From NCBI GenBank assembly GCA_964016885.1, contig OZ024750.1:49290001-49354000 (forward strand): DNA of 64,000 bases. The letters run 5' to 3'. This DNA comes from Eledone cirrhosa (Eukaryota). The notes beneath the pieces are model-generated. The model had not been told where the DNA came from. It worked only from the letters and a program-made list of their open reading frames with translations, and did no database searches. A program made the translations under genes and the position numbers. This document shows, in pieces, positions 59,191 through 64,000 of this stretch. Positions within the stretch are counted from its first letter, which is position 1; each line of letters starts with the position of its first letter.

Positions 59191-60600
59191 ACATTGAATA
59201 TTGTTATCGGATCTCTACACACTAATTTCAAATCCCACCGAAGCGCAATTTGGCTTTCGTTATTTATGGTATTGATAAAGAATCTATCAGATTAGTGTTG
59301 GAAGAGCCCTCTGTTTTTATAGCTGTGCCATACTCGATTTTTCACCTGATAAAAGGTTGGTGAGTAGAGATGATACATGTGACTGTTCCCGAAAACCATG
59401 AATGAATGCATGGTACGTATTGCATGCAAAACATACTAAATTAGGAATGTGGGAAATATATGTTTTTGCTTTGATCGTTCATAAGTTTAATAACTTTTCA
59501 AGGAAGGTGCATGGCATTAAACCCTAACTGTATATACAATATTTTTACAAAGGTCCGTGTACAATATATGTATGTAGAACTTCGAATAAATTACTAAATA
59601 TATGTTTCGATTCCGTAAAGCGACTGAAAGTACAAGACGCCCCTATTGCAAGATTAAACCACCAGCTATTGCTAAAATTCGTTATCAGCTGCGTCTGCGG
59701 AAGTAAGCTGAAATGATGTGTTTTGCTGAAGAACACCACATACAACCGAGTCCTGGTATGGAACCTTTGACATTAGCATCGTATGTGTAGCATCCTTACC
59801 ATTAGATCACTAATGAATAACCATGAGGACACTTTATACCATAGCGTGGATTTGAATAAGACTATGTAGAAGCCATATATCGAATGTTATGGATAGAAAT
59901 ATGTACGACTGACGATTATAAAACTTTTAAAACTAACATGAGATTTACATAAAGAAGATTTATTCTTTCTAATATGTGTTTCTTTTCTTAGTAAATCTGC
60001 AAAAATAAAAAATATGGTTTCTTGGCTTAAATTTCCCATGCAAGTGAAATACTTGAATATGCCTAATTACCTTAAAGAATATTAATCTTATGCCATTGCA
60101 TTTTTATAACTGGTTAAGCAACTGATCTCTGCGGCAAATGAGAATTCTGAGAAATTCAGAAAAAAAAAATATATTACTACATATTAGATATAAACATGAG
60201 TTAACACAGTATGAATATGTGAGTGTATTGCCTTTATATATGCAAAGGTGATAACAAAATGCCGGCGACTCAATGGCGCTGTGTCGAGTTATGCGCATGT
60301 TTCGTCAATTAGCCTCTTACCAAAAACCATTTTATTGAAACTAGAAAATAACAATCAAAACAATTGCAATGTTGTTACGAATATATTTATTCAACCTTGG
60401 ATTGTCCGTCATTATGTATAATCTGTATTTATTACACTGAAGTAACAACTAGCGTTGCTTATTCATAAGAGGTCAGGCATATCTTTTCACTTTTCCATGA
60501 ATTCAAGTAAAACTGAAACATGAATACATAAGTATACGCACACACATATACATGTATATATAAATATAGACACACACACATACACACACACACACATACG

Positions 60601-61598
<998 letters not shown>

Positions 61599-61599
61599 C

Positions 61600-63152
61600 A
61601 AACTCAGATACCATCAACACTATAAACACAGAGGTGGCATAACTAAGAACTGATTAACTTCCTGTTGAGGTCATAGCCATTCAATGCTCGCACTCCTTAT
61701 TTTACCCTCAAGGAACATAAACATGACTTCCACGGCAAACCAACTATCAGGCTTATAAACCCGACGTAGTCGGATGTAGGGAAGATACATAAAAGTATCC
61801 TAGATCGTTTTATACCCAAATACATGCACAATACGACGCTTAGCCTATGGATTAGCACTCAAGAAGTCATCTACTGGTTCAAGAATATCGAGTATAACTG
61901 GAACATGACTTTTATCCACTTCGATATCGAGAAATACTACGCATCGATAATCCATCCACTCATTTTGACAGGTTTAGATCATACCAAATCATATTCCACT
62001 CCAGGAAGACCATCTTGCTCTTCGATAATTCCACATGGATAAAAAGAGCTCCAGACGCTCTGTTCGACATTAGTATAGGTTCTACTGACTCAGCTGATGC
62101 GATGGACCTCATTAGACAATTCACCTCCAAAAACTCACTGAAACGTTGGTGATGTGCTTGCTACCCTCAAAGGGTACAACCATACTAGTACGGACCAGGT
62201 CCGTAAACACCTCATTCAATGCCTCCGAGATTTATGTTTCAAATTCACTCTACATAGAGCTCTCATCTATGTCAAAATGTTGTATGTAACACTAAATCTG
62301 GAAATCAACTTGTACTACCCACTACAGGAAACCAAACGAGAATTTACAATATATCCACCGCTTTTCCAACCATCCAAGGAACATTACCAATAATTTAGTA
62401 TAAATATCTGCCTCCGTATATCACGCTTGTCCGCAAATGAGATCTTGAAAGAACATTCGCTATACGACAACCAGGTCCTCAAAAAAGCGACTTAAAAGGG
62501 GACATTGAAGGCCTTGAGGCACAACTCTCGGATCTAGCAGGCGACGCCACCGCTCACGGAACAAAACCTGGTTCAATCCTCCCCACAATACTGAGGTCGT
62601 ATCACAAATTAGGAAGATCTTCCTCAGATTTCTTGACAAACACTTCCCAGCCCAACACCGCTACCATAATATCATCAACAGAAATACTGTTAAACTTTCG
62701 TATACCAACCTTGCACAAAATATCGCTTCCTCTAACAACGCAAAATTCCTCTCTAAAAGAAATAACAACGATATTAGAGATGAGGAAACTAGGAAGTGTA
62801 ACTGCCTCGATAGATCATCGCGCCCCCTCAACAATAAATGCCGAGAACGAAACGTGTCTACCTGTGAAACGTAAGAACAGAACATTCCAGCAATGCCTAC
62901 TACATCGGTAGCATATTTGGGACCTCAAAGACAACCATATTACCTATCATATAAAATGTAGCCTAGTTTCCAAGGCAAAATCTTACGAGGGAGGACGCCG
63001 TCTGTGCAATTTGTGCTCGAAGGAAACGATCCACATTCTGTTTGCCAATATCAATTATTTAACAAACAAGATGAACTCGTTACCTTGTGTAAACACATAA
63101 TATATAGGACATATCTTACATCCAAATCCGCTCACGACCCAGGTGGGTAGAT
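61600..63152 (+). pseudogene. Heavily decayed PLE RT + GIY-YIG
   Basis: Fragments IRLINPT*SDVG, FIHFDIEKYYASI, FDISIGSTDSA, WFNPPHN, CNC, SYEGGRRLCNLC, NKQDELVTLCKH. Confidence 0.8.
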
Positions 63153-64000
63153 AAGGATTTTAATATCCTTCCCACTTACACATTAACATAGAGAAAGCCC
63201 TAAGCATCCTTAGCTAGAAACATACTATTTTCATTATTGTAAACAATTAGTCAAAGATCCTTAGGCAAAAATAGAATATTTTCTTTTCATGCATATTGCC
63301 CTATAGGACCAGCCGAATAGATAGCTATGACACATGCACAGCTCTATTACTCACAGCTTAAGCACGGGGCACAAATTTAACCGCAGCCTTTCCTGTACTT
63401 CCGCAATAGCACGCCTCGTATATAGAGTAAATGTGTACTATCATATAAACATATATTAGGCAAGTGCGTACAAACTATAACGTTAGAATTGTTAGAGGAA
63501 GCTATCAGCAAGCATTCAATTCTATTACTTCCTTTGGCTAAGATATTGCGATGGTCTTAATATACCTGTTATAAATACACCTTAAGGCATTTCTCCTATA
63601 AAACAGAAATCCATAATACTATAGACTCTAACCAAACTTACAATAGCACGAGAAACGAAATATCTAGAACCATCTTTAAGATTAATAGTAGATTTATTGG
63701 TGTTTGAACTAAGTAAATTAGTCAAGAGGTGCTCTTCCCAGGCCATTCTGCAATTGATAACTAGATTTCTCTACGAGGAGGGGAAATTGAAATAAATTAT
63801 GAATGCTTAGCTTTTTAGTAAATTGTAAAGAAGAAGCAAATTAAACAACACATACATACAATACGCCATTCTCTTTGACTTAAATACGCTGAAATTGAAA
63901 TATCTCTCATCGGTGGTGCGGCTCGCTGAAAACAAATTCTGACATTACTAACATAATAATCATGACAATCCTCGCTTCCACCCTAAGGCACAAGGCCAGC

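Overview
AT-rich eukaryotic (animal) DNA, dense in (TA)n microsatellites, with no recognisable host gene. The SINE types suggest a cephalopod/octopus, which is an inference. The window is almost entirely retroelement-derived. It holds one Penelope-like element (PLE) with an uninterrupted RT + GIY-YIG ORF (26140-28038) between ~920-bp inverted repeats, several decayed PLE copies of at least two clades, RTE-type and RLE-type LINE fragments, a decayed Tc1/mariner transposase, two SINE families and a small hAT-like MITE. The main hidden signal is RNA-level: by eye I find about 35 type I hammerhead ribozyme (HHR) motifs in about 14 sequence families, most with palindromic helix III and sitting in fold-backs or tandem units inserted into (TA)n. 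The best case is a non-coding array of apparently identical 310-bp units (38709-40155). Each unit carries a minimal HHR on the minus strand and several hairpins, and the array ends in an inverted segment, which fits a retrozyme/circular-RNA-derived insertion probably mobilised by PLE machinery. Two more HHR tandem families (~422 bp and ~521-523 bp) and several non-canonical HHRs (CAGAAGA core; 116-nt helix II) are also present. The many 'YIYI' ORFs are translated microsatellites.
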